Source of the DNA: Lingula anatina
Lineage: Eukaryota > Animalia > Brachiopoda
DNA: 64,000 nt
Assembly: GCA_051362555.1 (NCBI GenBank)
Contig: CM120640.1
Coordinates: 64,148,788 to 64,212,787, forward strand
Reading direction: 5' to 3'
Shown piece after piece: positions 10,996 through 22,700 of this stretch. A program made the translations under genes and the position numbers. The first letter of the stretch is position 1; the number at the start of each line of letters is the position of its first letter. Under the pieces are notes generated by a model that saw only the letters and a program-made list of their open reading frames with translations, had not been told where the DNA came from and did no database searches.

Positions 10996-13399
10996 TTATT
11001 CTATTTTCTCTTTGTTGATGGAAACTTTGATTTTTTTACCATCCTTCTGCTCCTTCTCATAAAACTTGATACAGGGCACACCATCTACATGCTCAAATGT
11101 GTAATAAATGTCTTCCTCTTCAGCTTGCTGTGTCCTGTCATCTGGTCCAGTCTGATAATAAACGGTACATATGGCATCGGTGATGGTCAAGCCAGCACAA
11201 GACCAAATAAATGCCATTAACTTCAGTCTTCTTCTAAACTGTTTTTTGGCTTCACCATAATGATTTGATAGTTTCCTCTTCATCTCACCACAGCGATAAA
11301 TCCTTTTTTTGTCATGTGTGGGTTCCATACGACCAGTCATATCAAATTCCAACTCTGTTGGAGCTTTCAAGTCCAAACCTGTAGGGTCGGTGGGATTACT
11401 AAAAACCTGATGCAGTAAAGCATAGATTTTGCTTTTGTTTTTCAGTTTTGGATCTGGTGGGCACAGTTGTTCTGTAGGATATTTCTCTTTCAACAATTTA
11501 AACTCTTCAGGAGAGAGAGGATATTTGTCTGCAACTGCAACCTTAATTCTTTCAAAAAGACATTTTTCCAACTTTCCCTTCATATCTATTAAAGTCTTAT
11601 GAATTTCCAACTTGTCTTGGATGCTTTCTGTTGTACCTGTAACATGTGATCGGATATAATTTTCACTTTCCACACCATTTTTTTCAAGTTCCTTGTCAAG
11701 CAGCTTTAGGTAATGGGCAAAAATAATTTCAAAATCTTCACAGAACTTCATACTATCTTTTAGCTCACCCAACAGACTATATATATCAGCGAGATCATTT
11801 TCATGCCTAAAGAGCAAACGTTTTGCATAATTTTTATGAAACCGTCCACGGACGATGGTCTCCCATGTTTTGTCATTTTCCTGACCTGCCCCTTTTAATT
11901 GATGGGACCTTAAACCTAGTAAAGAAAAATAAGAAGGTAAGCATTTTATAATTTATACTTAAAGTTTTATAGATATAATTTCTGGAATAAGGTGTTTATT
12001 TAAAATTAGATTTGCAGTCATGGAGTGCCACATTATGTTTAAATTAATTTTAATACTAATTTTTAGTGTCTTAAAGATAAATTAATATTTTAAAGCAATA
12101 TTGGTTGATATTCTAATATTTCTATCCAATCATTCCAATAGTTCTGCACATCAAATTTCAGTATTTGCAAAGAAGCTCAGGATATATTCATGTGTAAACA
12201 GGTAGGATTTATGTGAGGTTTTATACATGTACAGTATCTGTGCAATGAATAAACATTACCTTGCTCAGGGCTTTTGGTACTATCAGTGCTTTCCTGCTTT
12301 GATGTGCTGGCTGTTGGCTCATCTTGTCTCTCATAGGAAAACTCCTGTTGGTAATTTGGTGGCCCCTCTGAAACAGAGTTGTAACCCCAAAATTAAACCC
12401 AACATGATGTTTTCATTGGATATTTAGAAAAAATAGGAAAATTTATGGTATAATAAAAAATATACCAAATAGTACATCATTTTTATATATCATATATCAT
12501 TTTTATAACAATCAATCAATCATTTTAATCTGAACTCCGAGAAAAGAAAACATAAATACAATAATGAATTTTAATTTTAAAATCAGTTTTGGATCTGTTA
12601 TATTTTGAAAGATAAACCTGAGGAAAGAGTCATCTCCTTTTTCCTGCACCTACATGTAAATTGCATATCTTTTTCAGTGTTTGCTTTATTAGCAGTTTGA
12701 TATATCTGTTAATAATTATACAAACAACCTGAAGGAGTCATAAATGTAAATAACTCTGATACTGGAACTTACATTTAGCAACTGACCAACAACGGAGTCT
12801 CAACATGAGACCTTTCACTATAAATACTATATATATATATATATATACTATACTAGGTAAATGACCTGGATGGACTGGTCACCTGATCTTTTTTCATTTA
12901 CCCAGTATGCCAGGTCATTTACCTAGTGAAAGGTCTCAGGTTGAGACTGCACTGTCAGTCATTTGCTAAATTTAAGTTCCAGTATCAGAGTTTTTCATAT
13001 TTATCGTTGTTATGCTAAAGGATGACTAACATTCACTCAACATGAAGGAGTCGTACTCAAAGTAACCAGAAAGTGAACTTTCGTATATTTACCAGACGTT
13101 TTTTTATTCCTTTTCTTCATTATCTCCCTTTCTCTCTCTTCTACCTTTTTAACTAATTTCTCAGCATTTGCTGCTTTTAGAATTTTCTTGAGGTAGCTGT
13201 ACTTGGCAACAGAAATTTTACATATATCTTCCAAGATATTGGCTAGGTCCAAGAAATCTTGAACTTTCTCCAGTTTCCCTTCTCCTAGTTCATCTTGTAA
13301 ATAATATTTAATATTCTTTAACTGGCTTTCTGTTATACGATCATTGAGCCACATTATCAAATCTCTATGGATGTCCTGTGGTGAACTACCAGCTTCCAT
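10996..13399 (-). CDS. Uncharacterised 444-aa protein: N-terminal death effector domain, low-complexity linker, helical region, C-terminal PD-(D/E)XK (restriction endonuclease-fold) nuclease-like domain
   Basis: Exons 13399-13093 (DED-like: HRDLIMWLNDRITESQLKNIKYYL..DFLDLANILED..YLKKIL..LVKKV), 12367-12260 and 11915-10996; phase-1 junctions give one open frame. The C-terminus has ELEFDMTG...GEMKR...AKKQ. Confidence 0.75.
12740..13004. mobile_element. Fold-back MITE in intron 1 of the DED gene, with a (TA)n insertion
   Basis: AACTCTGATACTGGAACTTA..GTCTCAAC..GAGACCTTTCACTA is mirrored by TAGTGAAAGGTCTC..GTTGAGAC..TAAGTTCCAGTATCAGAGTT; inner IR CTAGGTAAATGACCTGG / CCAGGTCATTTACCTAG. Confidence 0.75.
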
Positions 13400-13565
13400 G
13401 GCGGTATTTGCTGACAAGAAATATTTTGAAATTTAGTTGTATTTACTGTTACATATCCATGTTTTTAACTAATTGAATTACCGCGAACTAGAGAAAATGC
13501 GACTTAAGAACACAAACATATCTGTAAAACAAAATATCCTACAGAAGTAAGTCTGGCGCTTTGAC

Positions 13566-13738
13566 GAAAGTGAAGTTCACTGAAGGAGAATTGGTATCGC
13601 ATCGTTAATATATTACATGTGTACATTGTAGATCCGTTGCACAAAAAGTGAAAAACAGTTCTACTCGTATAAAAATTTGTTTTATGGAATTTAGCCTGTT
13701 CTCCCGCCATCTTTAATTTTCAAAAGTGAAACAGGAAG
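13566..13738. promoter_or_regulatory. Cluster of IRF-E/ISRE-like sites plus a YY1 motif upstream of the DED-nuclease gene
   Basis: GAAAGTGAAGT (13566-13576), AAAAGTGAAAA (13644-13654) and AAAAGTGAAAC-AGGAAG (13722-13738); CCGCCATCTTT (13704-13714). Confidence 0.45.
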
Positions 13739-16489
13739 CAGACTCATATTTTAATAAACTTAATCATTTTATCATTTTTTTTTCGTCCTGAGTTTGAAAT
13801 TATAAAAAGTAAATGCATTGATATTTACCTAGCTAGAATAAATCGTGCTGCTGCAGCCCCAGCGGTACTTGTGGAAGGATTTAACATTGGTAAGGATGAC
13901 GGGCACCTTTCCAGAACTACGGAGTACCCGATAGTAACAACTCCCTTAACTATACCGGGTACTTTTTTGTCGTACCAGTGTATAAGTCACACGTCATTGG
14001 CTACCTTTGTTTACTTTGTGATTGACGCACAGACTCACCAGTGACGTGACGTGACCCGCTAACCTGTACAGTACAGGTACATGTACATTTATGAATACCA
14101 GATTCTTATATGACGGTTGGGAATGGGGCTTTTTTAAATTAATTAATTAATTTATTTTATGATTTTTTTTTATGTAGCTTTGAGATATGATTAATACTGT
14201 AGGCCCTATTCTGTTGTACACATTTTGCTCATTTACGGAGCAGTTGCCTCACAGGACGGTAATGTCGTTCTTTATGCTTGATTAGACCTCAAATACAAAT
14301 GAATGGCAAAAAAGGCAACGCCTGCACCAAACCATTACCCAGTAGAACATTTTGATAGAGGTTTTACATTAAATTATGAACACAATACAAGTGTCTGCAG
14401 TTGGGACTAGTCTACTAACGCATGCGTACAATGTGTCCCAATAGGTGTCCTTAAACAATTATAATATAAGTTTAAGGGGCTGATGATAAACGGCCGACAC
14501 TTGTTTTTAATTCAATATGTGGAAAAACACGTAAAAAGTATTAGGGAAATGAAATTACTTTTAAATCGAAAAATTTAACTTTCTAAGTGGAAAAGTAGTT
14601 GAGTTTTTTTTTTCTTTATGATCGAGAGTAGATCTACAATAATGAAAATTCATGCTTTCCAGGTGCTGTGGTCGGCTGTACATGTTATAATCGCATTGTA
14701 TCCTTCCTAACATGCATACTAGTAATGTATCAAATCAATTTTAAAAGTGTAAAAACGAGTGACCAGAAGGATCAATTTATTTAGTGATTTATTTGCCTAA
14801 CGCAGCCCAGTGCAAATACAGTCGAGTGCTAGAATGGATAATGACAGTCCTCTCCAGGACGCTCCTGTCACGTCCATCTCCATCCTCAACCCAAGCCGCA
14901 ACTTGTCCTTAAATTACACGAGGCACCACCGAGTCTTGAAGAGAATATGGAAGTTATGACACGCTTTCCATCCCATATATTCCTCAGACAACGGAGAGAT
15001 AATATGAGCATTGTCAAATGGAATCATAGTACAGGAAGGGTTGGGCACTGTAAAGACTGATAAAATCAGCTTTATTTGTGGAGGTTTACGCGCACTCTCA
15101 CTGAATCACACACATGTATGCTTCTAAGCCTTTATACGGTCACTAAAACCCCGCAGTTGAAAACGCACTAATGGCTGTATATGAATAATGTAACTGATAA
15201 GCAATGTACCAGTAGGTCCTAGTGTAGTCACACAAAACACACCGAAAGTCGAATTGGGGTCCCCTAATTTCACCAAGTAAGGAAGAAAACGCGCAGTGAT
15301 CAACAGAAACCAAGTTTCATATACTTCAGTGACCGGTTGTGTGGTTGGGTAGAGTAACACAAATTGCCGATTGACCTGTTCCTCAGCGCTGATCCTGTAT
15401 ATAGAAGGGGCACAAACAAAATTCTACATTGGTATTATAGTTGGGGGGGGGGGGGGGGGGGGTCGGTTTAAAAGAGCCGCCGAATTTGCCAAAAAAGTTT
15501 TCTTATGTTTAATCCTATGTAAACATTTGATTTTTAATTTCAATCGCTCAAACCTCAAGAAGTGCAAATTGTCTTCTCATGTTTTCCGAGTATCAGATGC
15601 CTAAACCCAGGTGGATTCTTTGAGATTTCCTCTTTTCACTTTTGGGGCACCCGCACAGGTCTACTAGTCGTAGATTTAATCTTTTTCATCTGACCTTTTG
15701 CAAATAAGCAATTTCCGTCGCAGGTTCTGTAAGGTCCGAACCTAGTGCTTGTTCCATTTAGCTACAGTCCTGGAAATTTAAACATGAGCCCAGCATGTCT
15801 TTTTGAATCACCCACCACGTACATTGTAGCTGAGTTATTGAAACTAAATTGATTTTTGTTATGTGTGAGATAATAAACTGTCTCCGGAGCGATATGTACC
15901 AGAGCACCTCTACACCTCAAGCGTTAGCTCGAGGTGTTCAAGGCATATACCGCGAGGGGGTGGCAGCGTACTTTTTGACATATATACCGAAATAAGTACT
16001 TGCATTTCACCGTACATCCTCCACCCCGAAACCGAATAAAACGTGTATCGCCACAGTCACGAGCATCTTAAGGTATGTATTTTGTTTTGGTAGACAGCCT
16101 CAGCCAGCAAAATTATTAGTAAATGGACTCTTTCTATTCACGACTCGAGAGTACCGTTAAATGTGCATCATTCGCCGTTTTCCACGTATGTAGGTTCGCA
16201 TCTGGCATTTAATGTTCGGAAGTTTGCATGTCACTGTCAAACTGAGTAATGCGAACTGTCTCCCAGTTAGAGTTCCAGTTATTATCAGTTACCTAATCCA
16301 CACGTAAATATGATTTATAGCTTCGTGGTAGAGATTTTTTTTTTCAATATAGATTTTTTTCTTCAGATATTTATTCCCAAACTCGCAGCTGATAAATGAC
16401 TTCATTTAATTATGTTTTATAGGTGGGAGCTTAATTTAGACAGAATTTAATGAGAAGTTGAACAGTTTGAGGAGTATCCATTTAAAAGA

Positions 16490-16537
16490 GTGTGTGTGTG
16501 TGTGTGTGTGTGTTTGTTTGTTTGTTTGTTTGTTTGT
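16490..16537. repeat. Compound (GT)n(GTTT)n microsatellite
   Basis: Directly visible. Confidence 0.9.
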
Positions 16538-18611
16538 CTATAATTTGATAATAGAAGAATTCCAACAAATTTCAACAGATTTCTAAAACTTAAAAGGATA
16601 ACAACTCTACAGATGAGATTTAAAACTCCACAATAAATACATTATAATCAACCAATCAATCAATCAATCATATCGACCACAGTCGACCGTCAACATCATT
16701 AATTTAGCAACAGAACGAAGATTTCCAGACCCTACTGTCCTCCATGACACTGGCAATCCCAGTTATACATGTAGGCCTATGTTCTCCAAGCCAATGTCCT
16801 CATGGAGAACCTGGACGTAAGTCTTGTTTCGAGCTTCCGATGAGCCATGTGTGGGTATACATTGTAAACAAAACATAGAAACATAACATTTACCACCAAA
16901 ACGGCGGCTATCACAATTATTCTGAAATCTGTGCTTGCCATTGGACCTTGTGGGCCTTCATGTATGGTTACCCACTTATAATATCTTTAGACTACAACAC
17001 TTAAAAAAGACTAACTTTGGATCTTGTAACGGATTCGTTAATCACTGGGAAATATGGTTTAATGACACTTTTCCCGTCAAATAAATAGTTTTTTTATCCC
17101 TTTAATGGTCGTTATACGTGGGTTTTGGGTACCTGCATTGCAAAGGTGTTGTATTTTGATATTCTATTTTTTTTTCTTTTGCAAACAACGCACATCAGCT
17201 CAAAATTATTCCAACTATTCAAAGCAAAGACCACCAGTTGTTTATTATCAAGTTTATTTACAGTCAATATTACACTGAATCAAGTTGTACATTACATTTA
17301 CGTGATGAAGAATTTCAGTTCTAAAGGCGATGGCCATGCATGCAAATTGAAGAGAAATGGGAAACCCTTCATTATACTATCACAATACGTCATTTCAGGT
17401 ATTATGGAACACTGTGTCATCAGAATCACTACGGCAGGCAGAGTGTGGAATATCAATCAGTTTAATTACTAATTTCACTTATACGGTGTAGGAACTAAAC
17501 TTATTTACAAATAAATTTTATAAGAATGCTGCTTTGCAGCCTGCAAATACAAAAGAGACGATGAAAAACAGATATGCTCTTCTATTATATGCAAAATACG
17601 AGGGACTTACTTCTTATTCATTTCATTTTGTCTCCATTGTAGCCAGAATCTTTTAACGTTATGATGTGGAGATTTATTCAACATGCAGCTTGATTTACGA
17701 CATTTTTGTCGTTGAGCGATTCATTATCACGACAAAAAATGCGTATCACGGTTATGAAATAAATACAATATGGCTGATAGATAAATAATCAAGGAAATAA
17801 AAACAAATCCCATCTTAACCGAGTGTGCTTTTAAACATACGTGTTTACTATTCGCCAAAAAAAAAAAAGAAAAGCTTTCAATAATGCACACCAAAAAACT
17901 GAATAACGTGATTGTAAGGAGATAAATCTATAAAACAGATTTTATGCACATTATCCCATTCTCTAATAGCAACTCTGAACGTAGTGACTGAATATCACGA
18001 CGTTAATGATCACATAAGACCCTCAATAATAAACTGATATATTTAGACTGGTGCTTAACATTTGCATTGGCATTTGCATTGGCATTCGTTTAGCTAACAG
18101 AGGGTAATATCATAATGACGATTTTTGAACACATCCGTCGCTCCTATGTAGGGTAAAAAAGAGCAAGTGCATCAAACCTTGTTCGCTTTTCATTTACTAC
18201 TGTTAAGCTATTAATAAAGCTGCAGCATTAAGCTTGTACCCATTTATAAGCTTATGCACATGTATGTGGGCCCAGGGACTTCCAGTCTGTAGAAATGTAT
18301 TTACTGGGCCATCCGTAAAAAAACCAAAGAAGAGCAGCAACGCCATTGGGAAGTATGATAAAACATCAGCTTCACACCTTCAGAACGGCACATATTTATC
18401 ATCAAAGAAATAAATCCATAGTTTTGTCGATGATTTTCGATGGATGGTCATGCTGAAAGTCCGATGTCTGCTTTTGTTAAATCATTGTTAAAGCGGAAAT
18501 CGCCGGTGTCCTTCATGTACCTGTACCGGCATTTCTGTCTGCGTGATTTGTCAGTATAAATCGCAATCCTAGTCAGATTGTTGTTCGTATCAGGGTATTA
18601 TCTGGCTGCAG

Positions 18612-19754
18612 TTACAGAATGGGCAGATCAGACGAATTCCCAGAACGTTTAGAAGTAGTGGTTCTGACTAAGGTATTGTGAACTTTGGCATCGCTGTAGG
18701 GCAAATCTCTTTGCAACTGATTGACTTGGTTGCAGAAAATATATTTTATGAAACAGCGGCGAAAATCTTTGCTCATGACACACAGAGAATATGGATTCAC
18801 ACAAGAGTTAATGAAACTTAAAATGAAACCAGTTTGTTTAAACACATACCAGAAAGTGCTAAATCTGCTCCCCCTGGCGTACTGAAACCACAATAGGTAA
18901 ACGTGTCTTGGTAGCCAGCAAATGGCAAAAAGTGCCCCCAAAACTAAAACTATTTTGGCAATTTTCCGTCGAGACTTTACCTGTTTTTGATAGTTTCGAT
19001 TAACTCCCTTTGTGTTAATTGCGAGAGCAGTGCTTGGGTGTTTGGTTTTATACAGATGTCTTGCCATATTAATATATGATGAGGTGATGATACAGAAAGG
19101 CACAATATAGTAAATAAATGCACGAAATGTGACATGGAACCGACTGTACCAAAAAGGCCAAGATGTGGAATACGGGTAGCAGTAATGGCTAACAATGTTA
19201 TTGTGGTCATCTGGAATTTCTATGATTTGGTACGAAACCGCGTCCGGTATGGCCAATGCAACGGCGAAAGTCCACACTAGTGCCGTTATTAACACTGTTC
19301 GGTGCCACATATGACCGCCGTGGTATTTAAAGGGCTTAATTACGGCACGATATTTCTCTAGACTCAGTGCCGTGAGTGTGAATATGCTTACTCCGAGAGA
19401 AACTGTTTGAAGGAAGGCATTCAGTTTGCAAACGAAGTTACCAAACAGCCAATGCGGGAATGCGTATACAGCAGCGGTGAATGGAACCGATATCAATATC
19501 AGTATTAAATCACCCACCGCCATACTGACAATCAGGATATTCGGGGCATTTTTCATGGATTTGTTTCTGAGAACTGTGTATATGATGATGGAATTGCCCA
19601 CAGATCCTAGAACGAAGATCAGGGAAAATATAACTGGAATAAGCGTGGCATCTAATATCATCAAGCTGCATATTTCACACTCTTGTTCTTCCTGGCTAAA
19701 AACCTGAATAAACGAATGGTTCTGTATATTTTCAGTTGAGTTGGTCTTCTGCAT
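18612..19754 (-). CDS. Intronless class A neuropeptide GPCR of the bombesin/GRP/CCHamide/excitatory-peptide (EP/GGNG) receptor family, 380 aa
   Basis: Seven TM segments; GN (TM1), PNILIVSMAVGDL (TM2), GVSIFTLTALSLEKY (TM3), FAICWLPRH (TM6), LSFINSCVNP (TM7), all typical of this receptor family. ATG at 19754 with an in-frame stop just upstream. Confidence 0.88.
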   Translation of the reverse strand: MQKTNSTENIQNHSFIQVFSQEEQECEICSLMILDATLIPVIFSLIFVLGSVGNSIIIYTVLRNKSMKNAPNILIVSMAVGDLILILISVPFTAAVYAFPHWLFGNFVCKLNAFLQTVSLGVSIFTLTALSLEKYRAVIKPFKYHGGHMWHRTVLITALVWTFAVALAIPDAVSYQIIEIPDDHNNIVSHYCYPYSTSWPFWYSRFHVTFRAFIYYIVPFCIITSSYINMARHLYKTKHPSTALAINTKGVNRNYQKQVKSRRKIAKIVLVLGALFAICWLPRHVYLLWFQYARGSRFSTFWYVFKQTGFILSFINSCVNPYSLCVMSKDFRRCFIKYIFCNQVNQLQRDLPYSDAKVHNTLVRTTTSKRSGNSSDLPIL

Positions 19755-22700
19755 CTTCAATCTTAAGGGGACACTTTAATCCAAAAAGTTGCGGAATCTT
19801 CTCAGTTACCGTCAAAACTGTTGATTTCGGTTGTAACATTGGTTTATTGTAAACTTGTCATCGTTGATACGGCATGAAATCATTCTTTTATGCAGAATGT
19901 TTGTATATACTACTGATCCTCTTCTTTTGCAATATCTCTTGTTTCTTTTCATATATATCCCAGTGCTTGAATAAGAAGTGAATCAAATGATCGAATAAAT
20001 GCGCTAAATGTTACTTTTGTTTGCTGTGAACAGCATAATTAAGGGACTATAAGCTTACCCAGCCAATCACACACCTGCACACGCACCTACACAGCACGTG
20101 ATTGGTTGGACAGAGTGATGCGTTTTTCCTTATACAGAAAAGAGGCTACATTAATCTTTATGCTCATTTGAGGTCAACTTAATTAACGTTCTTGGAACAA
20201 AACAGTAAAACCGTCTTCCTGCTTTTAATTATTACTTTTAAACTTTATAAAATAATGGTCCGACATTAACGGCTTTTTGGGGTACACCACAATGTAGACA
20301 ATGTGCACTGTTTATTTCACTAATACAGATAAAATAAGTTAGGGAAAACTATAAGGCCAAAGAGACAGATGTGTTGGAGGATGCTGCCCAGCTGTTTATC
20401 CACGAGATTCCCAGGCCTTTTTCGCTAAGTCTATTTGACCCTTTTATTCCACCTTTTAAACATTATGTCTTCCTGCACAACTAAATACTAGTACATATGA
20501 TTTTTTAAATAACATTATTCATGTACAAGGAAAAATTTTCTCTTTTCATGTCTGTTATAATGTTCGTCACCTCTTCAGTCAGGTAATCACTTCAAATTCA
20601 CAGGCTGTCATTTGGTGACCTTTATAAGCCTAATAGTCCCCTTTGCGTTTTAGTTTCATGTGGAAATCGGATGACATTAAGCATTCAAAGGATTGCATAT
20701 TAACACATTTTTATTCATAATTAGTTGTGGGGGAAATATCTTTCTTTGAAATTGATCCAGATGCACACGTGCATCCACAATAAACAAATTATACAACGCC
20801 ATATACACGTTGTGGCTGGATCCACGAGTTCTATTGAATTTCTCCGAGCGTTCACAGGACGGCATATTTGCTTGCTGGAGCTTTTTTAGAGGACGGCGTA
20901 ATTTTCCTAGTCATGACTTCTTCATGCTACGAAATGTAAAAATTTACCTTTACAACGAAACGAATAGAGTATTTTTGTCATCACGTGGCGTATCAGTAGC
21001 CTACTTAAAAAACGTAAGTGCCTTTTCAATTTCGTTTCCAACTGACACTAGCTATCAAGTCAAAACATATCACTGCGTCGAAAAGCGCCGCGGATTGAAT
21101 CGATATTATCCAATTACCGAACAGGCTGTGACTTCTCATACTACTAAGACAAAAAAGCAATATATAAGTTTGTGCACTGTTACAACGACAAATTAAAAGG
21201 GAAGTCATTGCTGTGTAAGTTATTTGTGACCAGTGGCTTCATCTGAAGGGAAAGGCCCATGCATTACGTCATACAAGTATATTTTTTATCACAACGACCT
21301 ATTAATTGGGGTTCCAGGAAGTAGGCCTACTTAGGCCTATACAACGCTTCCTGGGTTTTTACAAATATGTAAAATATCTGGGGAAAAGTCTAATGTGTTC
21401 TTTGCATGATGCGTACATGTATTGCATATCAGGTGTACGTTTTTTATACCTCTGATAACAAATACAGGAAAGATGTATATGTCAGTCTGTCAATATGATG
21501 CTTCTGAGGTACGTTTTGTATCTCATTATTGGCCATGTTTATTTCCAAATGATTTATCTTGCTTGTCAACCTGACATGGAACATAATGACAAAGACAGAG
21601 TATTAATATATATTAGTATCATTTGGAACTTGTTTCTTTGCAAGTTTCAGATTGCCACTGTACGTGTGAGTGGATACCGGTTTGGCAGACGACTTTCGTA
21701 GGGTTGACATGGAAGCTTGAAAATATTATTTATACTTGATTATAGGTTGTACTACATTGTTTTCAAATTTTTTCTTTGTAATATACACTTAAATTCTTTT
21801 AGATATCTTTTCCAACGCTGTAATTCAAATTATTTTGCTATTTTTAATATTTTAATGCTGTTGGACTGAGAGGGGGAGCGAGTATCTTGCACAAGGAATC
21901 CCCTTGAAATACGCAAACCAAACATCATTGAACAGACGAAGTTATGTCAATTGTAATATGGAGAATACAACCAATCTCAGGGGCGGATCCAGGATTATTT
22001 GAAGGGTTGGGGAGGGGGAGGGTCCGCAGATGCGAAGCTGCCCCCCCACCCCCACCCCCACCCTTGGCGTGTGGTTTGGGGCATTTTAGAGGACGAACGG
22101 TACCATTTGGTACGGTTTAGAACTATGATTCAGCTAAAATTCTAATTTCAAGTAATTTCAAGATGGAATCATTGGTGAGATTTTTCACTACATATGATTT
22201 ATTTTATGTATTGTGTTTTCACATAAACCTTGCCGGACCAGAGGAACGGCGACATGCAAAATCTTGCCGGTCCTCAGACTTTTCTGGCGGTCAGGACCGG
22301 TCGGTCCGGCAGTTTCCCCATGACTGACTGCTTATGGTATCAAAACCATTCTAGAGAAAAAAACAACTTTTGTCCTTTCACTAACAAAAGCTCTTGCTAA
22401 AATGTTATGTGTTACCAGCATTTTCAATTTACAGTGCTTATTGATTAACCGCACGCCGTGATGGTTTTGAAAGGGTAGTGTATTAGCGTTAAATAACATG
22501 GGAGCCATTGACATTTCAATTTATTGGGGTGACAGTAGTCTGTCGCATGATATCCCTGTACTTTTACAATGCTTCATATGCATACATGCATATGTGCTGA
22601 TACATGTATATACACTTTCATTACCGCAAAGTTATACTTTCTAGCCATTATTGTTTAGCACATAAAGGCTATTAGTTATCAGCTTGATACAGACGCGTCA

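Noticed and set aside
15879-15968. Hairpin around ACACCTCAAGC-GTTA-GCTCGAGGTGT as a pre-miRNA
   Set aside because: The stem is short and interrupted; more consistent with a decayed palindromic MITE.
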